From Oscillatoria sp. FACHB-1406 (GTDB taxonomy: Bacteria; Cyanobacteriota; Cyanobacteriia; Cyanobacteriales; Spirulinaceae): 64,000 nucleotides of DNA. The notes under the pieces were generated by a model that saw only the letters and a list, made by a program, of their open reading frames with translations, searched no databases and was not told the DNA's origin. Where the stretch lies: positions 24,633-88,632 of the forward strand of contig NZ_JACJSM010000001.1 of NCBI RefSeq assembly GCF_014698145.1, in the 5' to 3' direction. Shown piece by piece: positions 26,567 to 35,804 of this stretch. The position numbers were made by a program, and so were the translations under genes. Every line of letters starts with the position of its first letter. The stretch's first letter is position 1.

Positions 26567-27484
26567 ATGCTAAAATCGGAAATTCAAAATCTCCCTAGCA
26601 GCGCCGAACTGCCCTGTTCGGACGACACCCCCGTGGATAACGAAGAACAAAACTTTATTCCCAACTTCCTCTTATTTTTACTCGAATATATTTGGGGCGA
26701 TCGCCAAGATTGGTTTTTTGGAGTCGATATGGCGGTGTATCACACTAGCGGAGAAAACCCTCGCATTCCCATTATCCCCGACGGATTTTTAGCTCTCAAC
26801 GTCGAACGGCGTAAAGGCGGACAATCGCGCAGCAGCTATGTGATGTGGGAAGAAAGCAACGTCGTACCTATCCTGGCGCTTGAAGTCGTCTCTCAAACCC
26901 CCGGAGGAGAATACAGCAGCAAAGAAGAAATCTATGCCAAGTTAGGCGTGTTGTATTACATCGTCTATAATCCCCGGCAATTTGGAGGCGGCCGCCACCG
27001 AGGATTAGAGGTGTATAAATTAGTTAAGGGAAAGTATAGCTGGCAGGTGCAAGAACCATTCTGGATGCCAGAAATTGGCTTAGGAATCGGTCGGAGTATC
27101 CGTAATTATCGGGGAGTAGAAAGAGAGCTTTTATACTGGTTTGACGAGCAAGGCAATCGCTATGCTGGTACGGAGGAGGAATTGGACATCGCCCGACAAC
27201 GGGCAGAACGAGAACGGGAACGGGCAGAACGAGAACGGGAACGGGCAGAACGAGAACGGGAACGGGCAGAACGAGAACGGGAACGAGCCGAAACAGAGCG
27301 ACAACGGGCAGAACGAGAACGGGAACGAGCCGAAACAGAGCAGCAGCAGCGAGAATTTGCCCAACAACAAGCCGAAACGGAACGACAACAGGCAGAAAAA
27401 GAACGACAACTGCGCGAACAACTGCAACGAGAACTCGAACGCTACCGCCAGCAACTAGGCGATCTATCCGAACCGCCGAATTAG
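26567..27484 (+). CDS. Uma2-family (DUF820) restriction-endonuclease-like protein with a C-terminal E/R-rich repeat tail.
   Basis: PD-(D/E)xK-like core (PDGFLALNVE ... LALEVVSQTP ... YAKLGVLYYIVYNP), then about 100 aa of RAERERE repeats encoded by a 21-bp periodic DNA repeat. Confidence 0.7.
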   Translation: MLKSEIQNLPSSAELPCSDDTPVDNEEQNFIPNFLLFLLEYIWGDRQDWFFGVDMAVYHTSGENPRIPIIPDGFLALNVERRKGGQSRSSYVMWEESNVVPILALEVVSQTPGGEYSSKEEIYAKLGVLYYIVYNPRQFGGGRHRGLEVYKLVKGKYSWQVQEPFWMPEIGLGIGRSIRNYRGVERELLYWFDEQGNRYAGTEEELDIARQRAERERERAERERERAERERERAERERERAETERQRAERERERAETEQQQREFAQQQAETERQQAEKERQLREQLQRELERYRQQLGDLSEPPN

Positions 27485-27525
27485 TAAACTAAGACACATT
27501 TAAGTTGGGTACATTCAATCTCCCC

Positions 27526-28581
27526 TCAATGCAACAATTTCTGCAATTGCCGCAGAGTTTTGTACATTTCCGGCAAACGCTTGTAAATGGCAGCCGCTTT
27601 AACGAAAACGGCGTGAGGAATGGCAGGAACGCCGGTAACGACGGCTCCAGCGGCGACGTTGCTATGCACGCCTGCTTTTGCTGTTGCGATCGCGCGATCG
27701 CCAATTTCCACATGATCCACAATCCCCACCTGCCCCGCCAGAATAACGCCATTGCCCACTTTCACGCCCCCCGCAAGCCCAACCTGTCCCGCGATCGCGC
27801 AACTTTGTCCGATTTGGCAGCCATGACCGATTTGCACTAAATTATCGATCTTAGTGTTGCGCCCGATGCGCGTTTCTCCCACCGAGGGGCGATCGATCGT
27901 ACTATTTCCCCCCACTTCCACGCTATCTTCGAGGACTACATAGCCCGATTGCGGCATTTTAAACCACCCCGTCGCAGTGGGAACGAAGCCGAAGCCTTCA
28001 CCGCCGACGATCGCACCGCTATGGATAACGCAATCTGCCCCAATGCGAGTGCGTTCGTGGATGGTGCAGTTCGCATGGAGAACCGTGCGATCGCCGATTT
28101 CAACGTTGGGGTATAGTACCGTATGGGCGTGAATGCTGACGCGATCGCCGATTTTAGTCCCCGCGCGTACCACCACATAAGGCCCAATGTAAACATCTTT
28201 GCCAATTTCAGCAGTCGGATGAATAACAGCGGTAGAGTCGATTTCAGCTTCGGGGCTGTCGGGTTGATAAAAAAGCGCGATCGCGCGGGCAAACAGCAAG
28301 CGCGGTTCCTCCGTCGCCATCCAAGCAATCCCCCGTTCTGTTGCCTTGGCTTGTAGCGCTGCATCGATGGGGAGAATGAGAGCTTTTGCCGCAGTGGTGT
28401 CCAGGTACGAAGCAAACTTATCGCCTTGAATATGGGCAAGCAATTCAGCCGTTGCCTCTTCAATCGCCGCCACGCCGCTAACTTCCGGATTCACTTCGGG
28501 TGAGGCGCTTAAGCTACTGTCTCGGACGCTAGAACCCAATTGCTCGACAATTTCGCTAAATTTCATAAACAACGTTCTCAA
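27526..28581 (-). CDS. lpxD: UDP-3-O-(3-hydroxyacyl)glucosamine N-acyltransferase.
   Basis: N-terminal LpxD domain (MKFSEIVEQLGSS) and a long left-handed beta-helix of hexapeptide repeats (IGDRVSIHAHTVLYPNVEIGDRTVLHANCTIHERTRIG ...). Confidence 0.85.
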   Translation of the reverse strand: MRTLFMKFSEIVEQLGSSVRDSSLSASPEVNPEVSGVAAIEEATAELLAHIQGDKFASYLDTTAAKALILPIDAALQAKATERGIAWMATEEPRLLFARAIALFYQPDSPEAEIDSTAVIHPTAEIGKDVYIGPYVVVRAGTKIGDRVSIHAHTVLYPNVEIGDRTVLHANCTIHERTRIGADCVIHSGAIVGGEGFGFVPTATGWFKMPQSGYVVLEDSVEVGGNSTIDRPSVGETRIGRNTKIDNLVQIGHGCQIGQSCAIAGQVGLAGGVKVGNGVILAGQVGIVDHVEIGDRAIATAKAGVHSNVAAGAVVTGVPAIPHAVFVKAAAIYKRLPEMYKTLRQLQKLLH

Positions 28582-28636
28582 TCGCTTGCGACTGGCTGAA
28601 TTACACTTATATCAGTTTTCAGCGCCACCCAACTCA

Positions 28637-28660
28637 GTAATTCGTAATTCGTAATTCGAT
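28637..28660. repeat. Heptamer tandem repeat (AATTCGT)x3, intergenic.
   Basis: gtaattcgtaattcgtaattcg. Confidence 0.85.
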
Positions 28661-29415
28661 TAAGAAGAAAGTTTATCCTTATTCCGTTTATCGCGCTTCG
28701 ACAGCAATATCCAAATTGGAATTCCCCAGAAACCGATCGCTAAAATTTGAAGCCCTTTCGTCAACCCCTCAGCTATAGGATTTTTTACAGGAATTTCACT
28801 CGCAAAATTAGCCATATCAATCGAAGATGGGGTAGCTAACTCTTGAGTCGGTAAGGGAACTACTTCGCTTGTTGTCGCCTTCTCCTGAAAGTCAAACGAA
28901 TTTTTGAGTTTAGGGGAGGAAGGAACAGTCGAAGTATTGAGTTTAGGAACCTCGAACGGTTCCGATTTCGTTTTAGGCAGTTTTGTTCTCTGAAGTTTCA
29001 CAGGAGACGTAGTTTCTGGTTCGTAGCCATCGTTCCAATTTGAATGAATTTTGCTACCAGACTTAACGCCTAAAGACTTTTTAATTGTGGAAGAGCGTGT
29101 TTCCACCACTTGCTGAGTATTGCGTTTGATGCTGCGGGGATGAGAGCGCGTTTCCACGACTTTGTTTACATCTGAGTTCTTAACACTGCGAGGATTGGAG
29201 CGCGTTTCCACCGCTTTATTAGTTTGGACTCGGGTGGCGGACTTAGAACGGGCAGCTTGTTCGGGGTTTTCTCCCTCGCGAGCTAAAACGGTCGAGCCAA
29301 AGGTTAGCGCGTTTGTTTGTTGCGAATCGTCGGGGATTTGCACCGCGAGCGGACTGACAACGCAAGAAGTCAGTATAGCGGCTAGCAGGTGCTTGTATTT
29401 AAGTGTGTGTGACAT
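28660..29415 (-). CDS. Secreted/anchored hypothetical protein with three VVETRSxPRSxK repeats and a C-terminal TM helix.
   Basis: Signal peptide (LLAAILTSCVVSPLAVQ), repeats AVETRSNPRSVKN / VVETRSHPRSIKRN / VVETRSSTIKKS, C-terminal TM LQILAIGFWGIPIWILL. Confidence 0.5.
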   Translation of the reverse strand: MSHTLKYKHLLAAILTSCVVSPLAVQIPDDSQQTNALTFGSTVLAREGENPEQAARSKSATRVQTNKAVETRSNPRSVKNSDVNKVVETRSHPRSIKRNTQQVVETRSSTIKKSLGVKSGSKIHSNWNDGYEPETTSPVKLQRTKLPKTKSEPFEVPKLNTSTVPSSPKLKNSFDFQEKATTSEVVPLPTQELATPSSIDMANFASEIPVKNPIAEGLTKGLQILAIGFWGIPIWILLSKRDKRNKDKLSS

Positions 29416-29697
29416 GGTGTATGCACTTAGGTTTAACCCTGCTTTAGTTTTACACCATTTTTCAACTAAGTTTCGAGTAGAGAAAATTAAGTTCGCGAGG
29501 GAAAGACAAGTCGTTGTGAAATAATTGACATCGATTTTCTGAGTTGACTCAGTTTTCAGAATTCATCCGCATAATTTTGTCAAGACCGAGTAATTGACCG
29601 GCTCTCCTGGGCTTGGGTGCGATCGTACTGAAAAGACACTAGACCTTAACAGAGCAATGAACGGCTCCGAACGTTATCCATTATCAATTGTCCATTG

Positions 29698-29964
29698 TCA
29701 ATTATTCAGCATTTCTACCAGTTTATGATGGGCTTCTTTCGCATCTTGCAGTTCGCGATCGAAGTTGACGCGCACGGGTAAGGTTTCGCCGTTGGCGATC
29801 GCGTTTAAATCCATTCCTTGCAAATCAATCGCAACCATCGTTGCGCTCTCGGCTTGGCTGCAATTGCCGTACTGCTGGGCGTAAAAGAGAACCGCATCGG
29901 CATGATCTTTATTCATGTGCTTGCAGATGCGATCGCTAACGGCGGGAGTAATGGGTTCGGACAT
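29698..29964 (-). CDS. DUF2470-family protein.
   Basis: MSEPITPAVSDRICKHMNKDHADAVLFYAQ ... pattern typical of DUF2470. Start at internal ATG; the longer ORF would overlap cobK. Confidence 0.55.
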   Translation of the reverse strand: MSEPITPAVSDRICKHMNKDHADAVLFYAQQYGNCSQAESATMVAIDLQGMDLNAIANGETLPVRVNFDRELQDAKEAHHKLVEMLNN

Positions 29965-29978
29965 GATTGAGTAAATTG

Positions 29979-30740
29979 CTATGGGTTGACAAATTGACGA
30001 CAAAATGCTATTACATCTTCTAAATGGGATGTTTGCTGAGTATAGGCCACCTTGGGACGAGCAATAATAATTAAGGGAATCCCCAATCGTTCTGCCACCG
30101 ACCGTTTTACGTCTTCTCCGCCCGCCTTGCCCGAAGCTTTCGCAACAACGAGGGAAATTTGCCATTGCTGCCAGAGTGCTGCTTCCAGTTCCGCACTAAC
30201 CGGAGGACGCAGAGCAATGATGCGATCGCTGCTAAACCCAGCCTTCAACGCCACCTCTAAAGAGTTTACCGCAGGAAGAACCCGCGCAAACAGCGTCGAT
30301 CGCGTTTGCCAAGCCTGAAACAACGGCAACGCCTTGCATCCCACCGCTAGCAACACCCGTTCTCCCGCCAAATAATTCCCCTCCAGCAACTCCGAGTAAT
30401 TCGTAATTCGTAATTCGTAATTCGTAATTGGTCGTTCCTCATCCCGCTCGTAACGCAAATAAGAAATCCCTACTGCCGCCGCCGCCGCGATCGCATTTCG
30501 GGAAACCTCTACCGCAAATGGATGAGACGCATCAATAATTGCAATAACCTTCTCCCCCTGCAAAAAAGCTGCAAACCCGCTCTTATCCATCCGCCCCACC
30601 CGTACTTGTAGATAAGGAGAAGCGGGGTATAAACTCCGAGCCGCATCCGTGGCTACCGAAATCGTACAAGAAATCCGAAGGGACGCGATCGCCGTTGCAA
30701 TCTCCTTGCTTTCCTGCGTCCCTCCAATCACCAAAAGCAT
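29979..30740 (-). CDS. cobK: Precorrin-6A / cobalt-precorrin-6A reductase carrying an in-frame heptamer-repeat insertion.
   Basis: MLLVIGGTQESKEIA N-terminus and overall CobK/CbiJ-like sequence. (AATTCGT)n tract at 30396-30432 encodes ITNYELRITNYSELLE. Confidence 0.75.
   Translation of the reverse strand: MLLVIGGTQESKEIATAIASLRISCTISVATDAARSLYPASPYLQVRVGRMDKSGFAAFLQGEKVIAIIDASHPFAVEVSRNAIAAAAAVGISYLRYERDEERPITNYELRITNYSELLEGNYLAGERVLLAVGCKALPLFQAWQTRSTLFARVLPAVNSLEVALKAGFSSDRIIALRPPVSAELEAALWQQWQISLVVAKASGKAGGEDVKRSVAERLGIPLIIIARPKVAYTQQTSHLEDVIAFCRQFVNP
30396..30432. repeat. Heptamer tandem repeat (TAATTCG)x4 plus a variant unit inside the cobK coding region.
   Basis: gtaattcgtaattcgtaattcgtaattcgtaattgg; reading frame preserved. 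Confidence 0.85.
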
Positions 30741-30774
30741 TTTCTAATTTCTGCTCACCGCCTGAAACTTTAGC

Positions 30775-30975
30775 TTATCGTCCCCTCAACGCTTTCTGAA
30801 AATTTTGACGATAAGATGGATTAACCGCAACCAATGCCGGCCAAAGTATAGTTAAGGCAATACGACTCGTTAAACTCGGCTGAAAATTCGTTCGGGTAAA
30901 CCCTTTCCAAAACTTCCAGCCTCCCCAAATATAACCTGCGACCAAAGCAATTCCGAGCAACTTAACAAGAAACAT
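30775..30975 (-). CDS. Small two-TM membrane protein (hypothetical).
   Basis: 66 aa, two hydrophobic helices; no other support. Confidence 0.3.
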   Translation of the reverse strand: MFLVKLLGIALVAGYIWGGWKFWKGFTRTNFQPSLTSRIALTILWPALVAVNPSYRQNFQKALRGR

Positions 30976-31586
30976 TGCAATCCACTCCTAGTTAACCAAT
31001 GAGGGCGCTATTTTCTCTCAATTCTAGTCTACCGTTGTTCTAAATGGGAATTGACTTTCTTTAAAAAAAATAAAATCTCTTCTTAGCTAAATCTTAGCAA
31101 TCGCTTCAACTCAGAACAATTAAAATTTTTATTTCAGCAAAAATAAAAGCTCGTTTATCCCATCAACTTACCATATACAAAAGAAATCGACCCCCACAAA
31201 AAATCAAAATAAGCGCAAAAAGTCCGGATTCGATCCAATCAATTGTCGGTCATTTTTACTCGAAACAGAACCGCAGAAAGTATCTCTTTTTCCCAAAGAG
31301 GCGGTTCTGCTCGACCGATCTCATCCTTTTAGCACTTCTAGAAGCGGTAGCCAAAATGGTAAAATGCAAGGGATTTTTCACGAGCGCTTTGATGATGATT
31401 AAAATCAAGCCATGCTCTCCTCACACCCTGACTTTAAATCTGAAGCCCGTTCATTAGCGATCGGAAAACAGTTTAGCCAGCCCTAACCGAAGCTCAACTT
31501 TTAATTCAAAGAGTCGAGCCTTCAGAGAGCAATGCCCCATCAAAAGCGTCTCAATTTAGCGAATAAACGACCTTTAAGGAGGAATT

Positions 31587-34106
31587 ATGCGGGCAGTGTT
31601 AATGGCTGGTGGTTCCGGAACCCGGCTGCGCCCCCTCACTTGCGATCTACCCAAGCCGATGGTGCCAATTCTCAATCGACCCATCGCCGAACATATTATC
31701 AACCTTTTAAAACGCCATCACATTACCGAAGTCATAGCGACTTTACATTATCTGCCCGATGTGATGCGAGACTACTTCCAAGATGGTAGCGACTTTGGCG
31801 TACAAATGACCTATGCCGTCGAAGAAGATCAACCACTCGGCACAGCAGGCTGCGTCAAAAACATTGCCGACTTGCTCGACGATACCTTCATCGTCATCAG
31901 CGGCGATAGCATCACTGACTTCGACCTCAGTGCTGCCATTGAGTTTCACCGTCAGAAAAAATCCAAAGCCACCCTCATTCTCACCCGCGTTCCCAATCCC
32001 GTGGAATTTGGTGTCGTCATTACCGATAAAGAACAGCGCATCTCTCGCTTCCTCGAGAAGCCATCGACCAGCGAAATCTTTTCCGATACGGTCAATACCG
32101 GCACTTACATCCTCGAACCCGAAATCCTCCAGTATCTCCCCGAAGCCGAAGAATCGGACTTTTCCAAAGACTTATTCCCGCTCATGCTCGAGCGAGGCGA
32201 ACCCATGTACGGGTACATTGCCGAAGGATACTGGTGTGATGTCGGCCACCTCGATGCTTATCGAGAAGCACAATACGACGGCTTGCACGGCAAAGTAAAA
32301 CTCGACTTCGCCTACCCCGAACAATCGCCCGGAATTTGGGTCGGTCAAAACACCTATATCGACCCTGCCGCCAAAATCGAAACCCCTATCCTCATCGGTA
32401 GTAACTGTCGTATCGGACCGCGCGCCCGCATTGAAGCAGGAACCGTCATTGGCGATAACGTTACGATTGGAGCCGATGCCGACCTCAAACGTCCCATTGT
32501 CATGAACGGCGTTATCGTCGGGGATGAAGTTCAACTGCGCGCCTGTGCCATTTCCCGAGGCGCTCGCGTAGACCGCCGCGCTAATATCCTCGAAGGAGCC
32601 GTCGTCGGTCCGCTGTGCAGCGTCGGCGAAGAAGCCCAGATTAGTCCCAATGTTCGCGTCTGGCCGAGCAAGCGTATCGAATCCGGCGCAATCCTGAACA
32701 TTAACCTGATTTGGGGCGAACAGGCCAAACGTAACCTGTTCGGACAGCAAGGCGTTTCCGGTTTGGCAAATATCGACATTACCCCTGAATTTGCCGTCAA
32801 ATTAGGCGCGTCCTACGGTTCGACGCTAAAACTCGGGTCGGCAGTAACCGTTTCTCGAGACCAACGTGCCATCTCGCGCATGGTCAGCCGTTCCTTAATT
32901 GCAGGGCTGATGTCGTCGGGAATTAACATTCAAAATTTAGAAGCGACGGCGATTCCGCTGGCTCGGACGACAGTGCCGACGCTGCAAGTGTCAGGCGGCA
33001 TTCACGTCCGCTTGCATCCCGACCGTCCCGACTTTATTTTGATCGAATTTTTTGACGAACAAGGGATTAATATTTCCAAATCCAAGGAAAAGAAAATCGA
33101 GGGGGCTTATTTTAAAGAAGATTTGCGGCGCGTTCCCATCGCTGAAATTGGGAATATGGCTTACCCTTCGCAAGTTTTGGAAATCTATAGCACCTGTTTT
33201 GAAAAGCACCTCAATAGCGAAAGCATTCGTAACAGTCGCTCTAAGGTTGTTATTGACTATGGCTATGCAGTATCCGGGGCAATTTTACCGATTCTGCTGA
33301 CAAAGTTTGGTTGCGATGCCGTTGTACTCAACGCCAGTTTGAGCGAACGCGCGCTGTCGAACGAAGAACGGGAAGGATTGCTCAAACAGTTAGGCCAAGT
33401 GGTTGAAGCATTGAGGGCGAACTTCGGCGTGCAGGTTTCGGGGAATGGGGAACAGTTAATTTTAGTGGATGAGTCGGGACAGCCGGTTCGCGGCGAACTA
33501 CTGACGGCGATGATGGTTCATATGATGCTGACTGCTCAGCCCAGAGGAACCGTCGTCGTGCCGGTTCATGCTTCGAGTGCGGTAGAACAAATCGCTCGCC
33601 GCCACGATGCTAAGGTGATTCGCACTAAAGCGAATCCGACGGCGCTGATGGAAGCTTCCCAGGATAATCCTAACGTGGTGTTAGGCGGTAGCGGCGATAT
33701 GGGCTTTATTTTCCCGCAGTTGCACCCCGGTTTCGATGCGATGTTCTGTATCGCGAAGCTGATTGAAATGCTGACGGTGCAGGAGCAATCTTTAGCCCAA
33801 GTTCGCAGCGAATTGCCGCGCGTTTGTCACCGAATGTATACCATGCGCTGCCCGTGGACGGTGAAAGGATCGCTGATGCGGCATATGGTGGAAATCCATC
33901 CAGCCGAACAGTTGGAACTCATCGATGGGGTAAAGATTGTCAGTTCGCAGGATGATAATTGGGTACTGATTTTACCGGATGCGGGAGAACCGTTAGTTCA
34001 TATTTACGCCAATAGCGAGGATCGCGATTGGGTCGATGATGCAATTAAGGATTATCGCCAGCGCGTTCAAAACTTCATTGATGGCGAGCAAGGGAGCGAA
34101 AGCTGA
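31587..34106 (+). CDS. Fusion protein: N-terminal sugar-1-phosphate nucleotidyltransferase (mannose-1-P guanylyltransferase-like) with a left-handed beta-helix, and a C-terminal phosphomannomutase/phosphoglucomutase domain.
   Basis: [22 protein letters not shown] nucleotidyltransferase motif, hexapeptide repeats, PGM/PMM-like C-terminal half (..[11 protein letters not shown]..). Confidence 0.8.
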   Translation: MRAVLMAGGSGTRLRPLTCDLPKPMVPILNRPIAEHIINLLKRHHITEVIATLHYLPDVMRDYFQDGSDFGVQMTYAVEEDQPLGTAGCVKNIADLLDDTFIVISGDSITDFDLSAAIEFHRQKKSKATLILTRVPNPVEFGVVITDKEQRISRFLEKPSTSEIFSDTVNTGTYILEPEILQYLPEAEESDFSKDLFPLMLERGEPMYGYIAEGYWCDVGHLDAYREAQYDGLHGKVKLDFAYPEQSPGIWVGQNTYIDPAAKIETPILIGSNCRIGPRARIEAGTVIGDNVTIGADADLKRPIVMNGVIVGDEVQLRACAISRGARVDRRANILEGAVVGPLCSVGEEAQISPNVRVWPSKRIESGAILNINLIWGEQAKRNLFGQQGVSGLANIDITPEFAVKLGASYGSTLKLGSAVTVSRDQRAISRMVSRSLIAGLMSSGINIQNLEATAIPLARTTVPTLQVSGGIHVRLHPDRPDFILIEFFDEQGINISKSKEKKIEGAYFKEDLRRVPIAEIGNMAYPSQVLEIYSTCFEKHLNSESIRNSRSKVVIDYGYAVSGAILPILLTKFGCDAVVLNASLSERALSNEEREGLLKQLGQVVEALRANFGVQVSGNGEQLILVDESGQPVRGELLTAMMVHMMLTAQPRGTVVVPVHASSAVEQIARRHDAKVIRTKANPTALMEASQDNPNVVLGGSGDMGFIFPQLHPGFDAMFCIAKLIEMLTVQEQSLAQVRSELPRVCHRMYTMRCPWTVKGSLMRHMVEIHPAEQLELIDGVKIVSSQDDNWVLILPDAGEPLVHIYANSEDRDWVDDAIKDYRQRVQNFIDGEQGSES

Positions 34107-34226
34107 GGGTTACTCGTTGAGATTAAAATCCGGTTAGATAATCTTTAAATGGAGTTAGTAGGGGCATTCCAATGCAATGCCCCTATTTTTCTTTTTCAGA
34201 GCCAATTGTCAAACTCGCGTTTTATA

Positions 34227-35654
34227 TTAAATCCAATTCCGAAAAAACATTCGGATTTTATAGCCTGTTGGGGATAGAGGAAGACCGATAAAAATAGGCA
34301 GCCAATAGATAAAGCCCAGAATCGCGATCGCGAGACTAGCTAAAGCAATTTGACGGAAAATATAGCGCCGACTGTGTAATAAAAGCTCGATAAACCAAGC
34401 CAGGGCTAAAGTACAAAACACTGAAGCCGCCATGTAGTGATAAATAAAAGTACAGCGCGTCACCTTCAACCAAGGCAACAAGTTCGCACCGAAATTGCAC
34501 AGTAAATAAACTCCCAGCCAACTCGAAGCCGCGTTGGATTCTTGCCATAATTGACGCTGCCAGAGGCGTTTCAGTATTAAAAACAATAACCCTAAGATCG
34601 CAGCAGAAGAGAGCCACCAAAGCGGTGGGTTTCCCATCGCGTGAACGTCGTAGATGACTTTTGCAGAAGCGGGCGGTAACGGGGGAAGTGAAGGAATGGC
34701 TTCGCGGGTATCGCGCGCGGTTTGGTAGAGGTAGGCAACGGGTCGCTCCATGATAAACCAGCTATACCAAGGCGAACAGTAGGGGTGAACCTTGGGACCA
34801 TTGCCGACGGATTGGTGAAAGGATAAGATGCGCTGCTGCATTTCCCAGAAGGAAGGTTTGGGGTTCATCAGCAAGTGAGGAATCCAACTGAGGCAGTAGG
34901 TGGCAACGGGAATCACTCCCAAATAGAGGATAAAAGCCAGAGGGGTAAGCTGCTGGAGATTTTGTAGGGGTAGGGGACGGGAAACGGGGGGGGAATCGGC
35001 GGGGCGATCGCGCGGTTGTCGGATAAATACGAGAATGAGGTGTAAGAAGGCCACTAGATAAATACCGAGCAAAAAACCCAACCCATTCCATTTAATCGCG
35101 GCAGAGAGACCGAAAAATAGACCCGAAAGCAGGAGTTTCGACCAGCGACGGTTTGGCGGTGTGTCGAGGGCGAGAAAGAGCAATAATTGACCGAGCAGCC
35201 CAAAAAGCACGAGGTAGATATTATTAAGGGCAAATCTAGACTCCACGAGGAAGAGGCCATCGAGAGCGGCTAGGAGGGCTGCGATCGCGCCGTAACTGCG
35301 ACGACGAGTTAGACGATAAGCAATTTCCCCAATAACCAAAGGAATAAACGCACCGGTGAGGGCATTGAGCCAGCGATAGCTAAAGGTGGAACGAACCGAA
35401 CCGAGAAATCCGTTAGTTATCTCGTGCGGAAATGGCATTTTTTCTCCCAGCCAAATTCCCACGGCAATCAGATATTGACTGAGGGGAGGATGGGCATTAT
35501 AGACAGGTTCGCCTAATAAGTAGCGGTTGGCGAACACGGGGTAATAAACTTCGTCAAAAACTAAGGTATTAAAGAAATCGACGCGCCAAAAGCGAAAAAA
35601 TAAGGAAAGAAAAAATATGACAAGCAAAGCGAGTTTATAGCCAGATTTGTTCAT
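34227..35654 (-). CDS. GT39 / PMT-family (ArnT-like) membrane glycosyltransferase.
   Basis: Multi-TM protein with N-terminal FDEVYY motif and loop characteristic of dolichyl-phosphate-mannose protein mannosyltransferase-like enzymes. Confidence 0.7.
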   Translation of the reverse strand: MNKSGYKLALLVIFFLSLFFRFWRVDFFNTLVFDEVYYPVFANRYLLGEPVYNAHPPLSQYLIAVGIWLGEKMPFPHEITNGFLGSVRSTFSYRWLNALTGAFIPLVIGEIAYRLTRRRSYGAIAALLAALDGLFLVESRFALNNIYLVLFGLLGQLLLFLALDTPPNRRWSKLLLSGLFFGLSAAIKWNGLGFLLGIYLVAFLHLILVFIRQPRDRPADSPPVSRPLPLQNLQQLTPLAFILYLGVIPVATYCLSWIPHLLMNPKPSFWEMQQRILSFHQSVGNGPKVHPYCSPWYSWFIMERPVAYLYQTARDTREAIPSLPPLPPASAKVIYDVHAMGNPPLWWLSSAAILGLLFLILKRLWQRQLWQESNAASSWLGVYLLCNFGANLLPWLKVTRCTFIYHYMAASVFCTLALAWFIELLLHSRRYIFRQIALASLAIAILGFIYWLPIFIGLPLSPTGYKIRMFFRNWI

Positions 35655-35804
35655 TCGCCCCTCGATAATTCCATGCTTATTATTGCTTGCTTGCTCTCAA
35701 TTGGCGACGCTCAACCCCGAATGCACAAATAAATATCTTTGTCAAGGTGTAAGGCAGTAATTCTAAAGTGAATGGGTATGAGAGCTTAAATTACATTTCG
35801 GCAT

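Noticed and set aside
27131-27458. ORFs 27131..27454 (-) and 27141..27458 (+) with N/G/Q-rich or F/S/C-rich repeats
   Set aside because: Alternative frames of the RAERERE-encoding DNA repeat; the Uma2 frame is continuous with a recognisable domain.
31532-31789. ORF 31532..31789 (+) upstream of and overlapping the nucleotidyltransferase gene
   Set aside because: Different frame overlapping the strong-SD start at 31587; R/H-rich junk translation.
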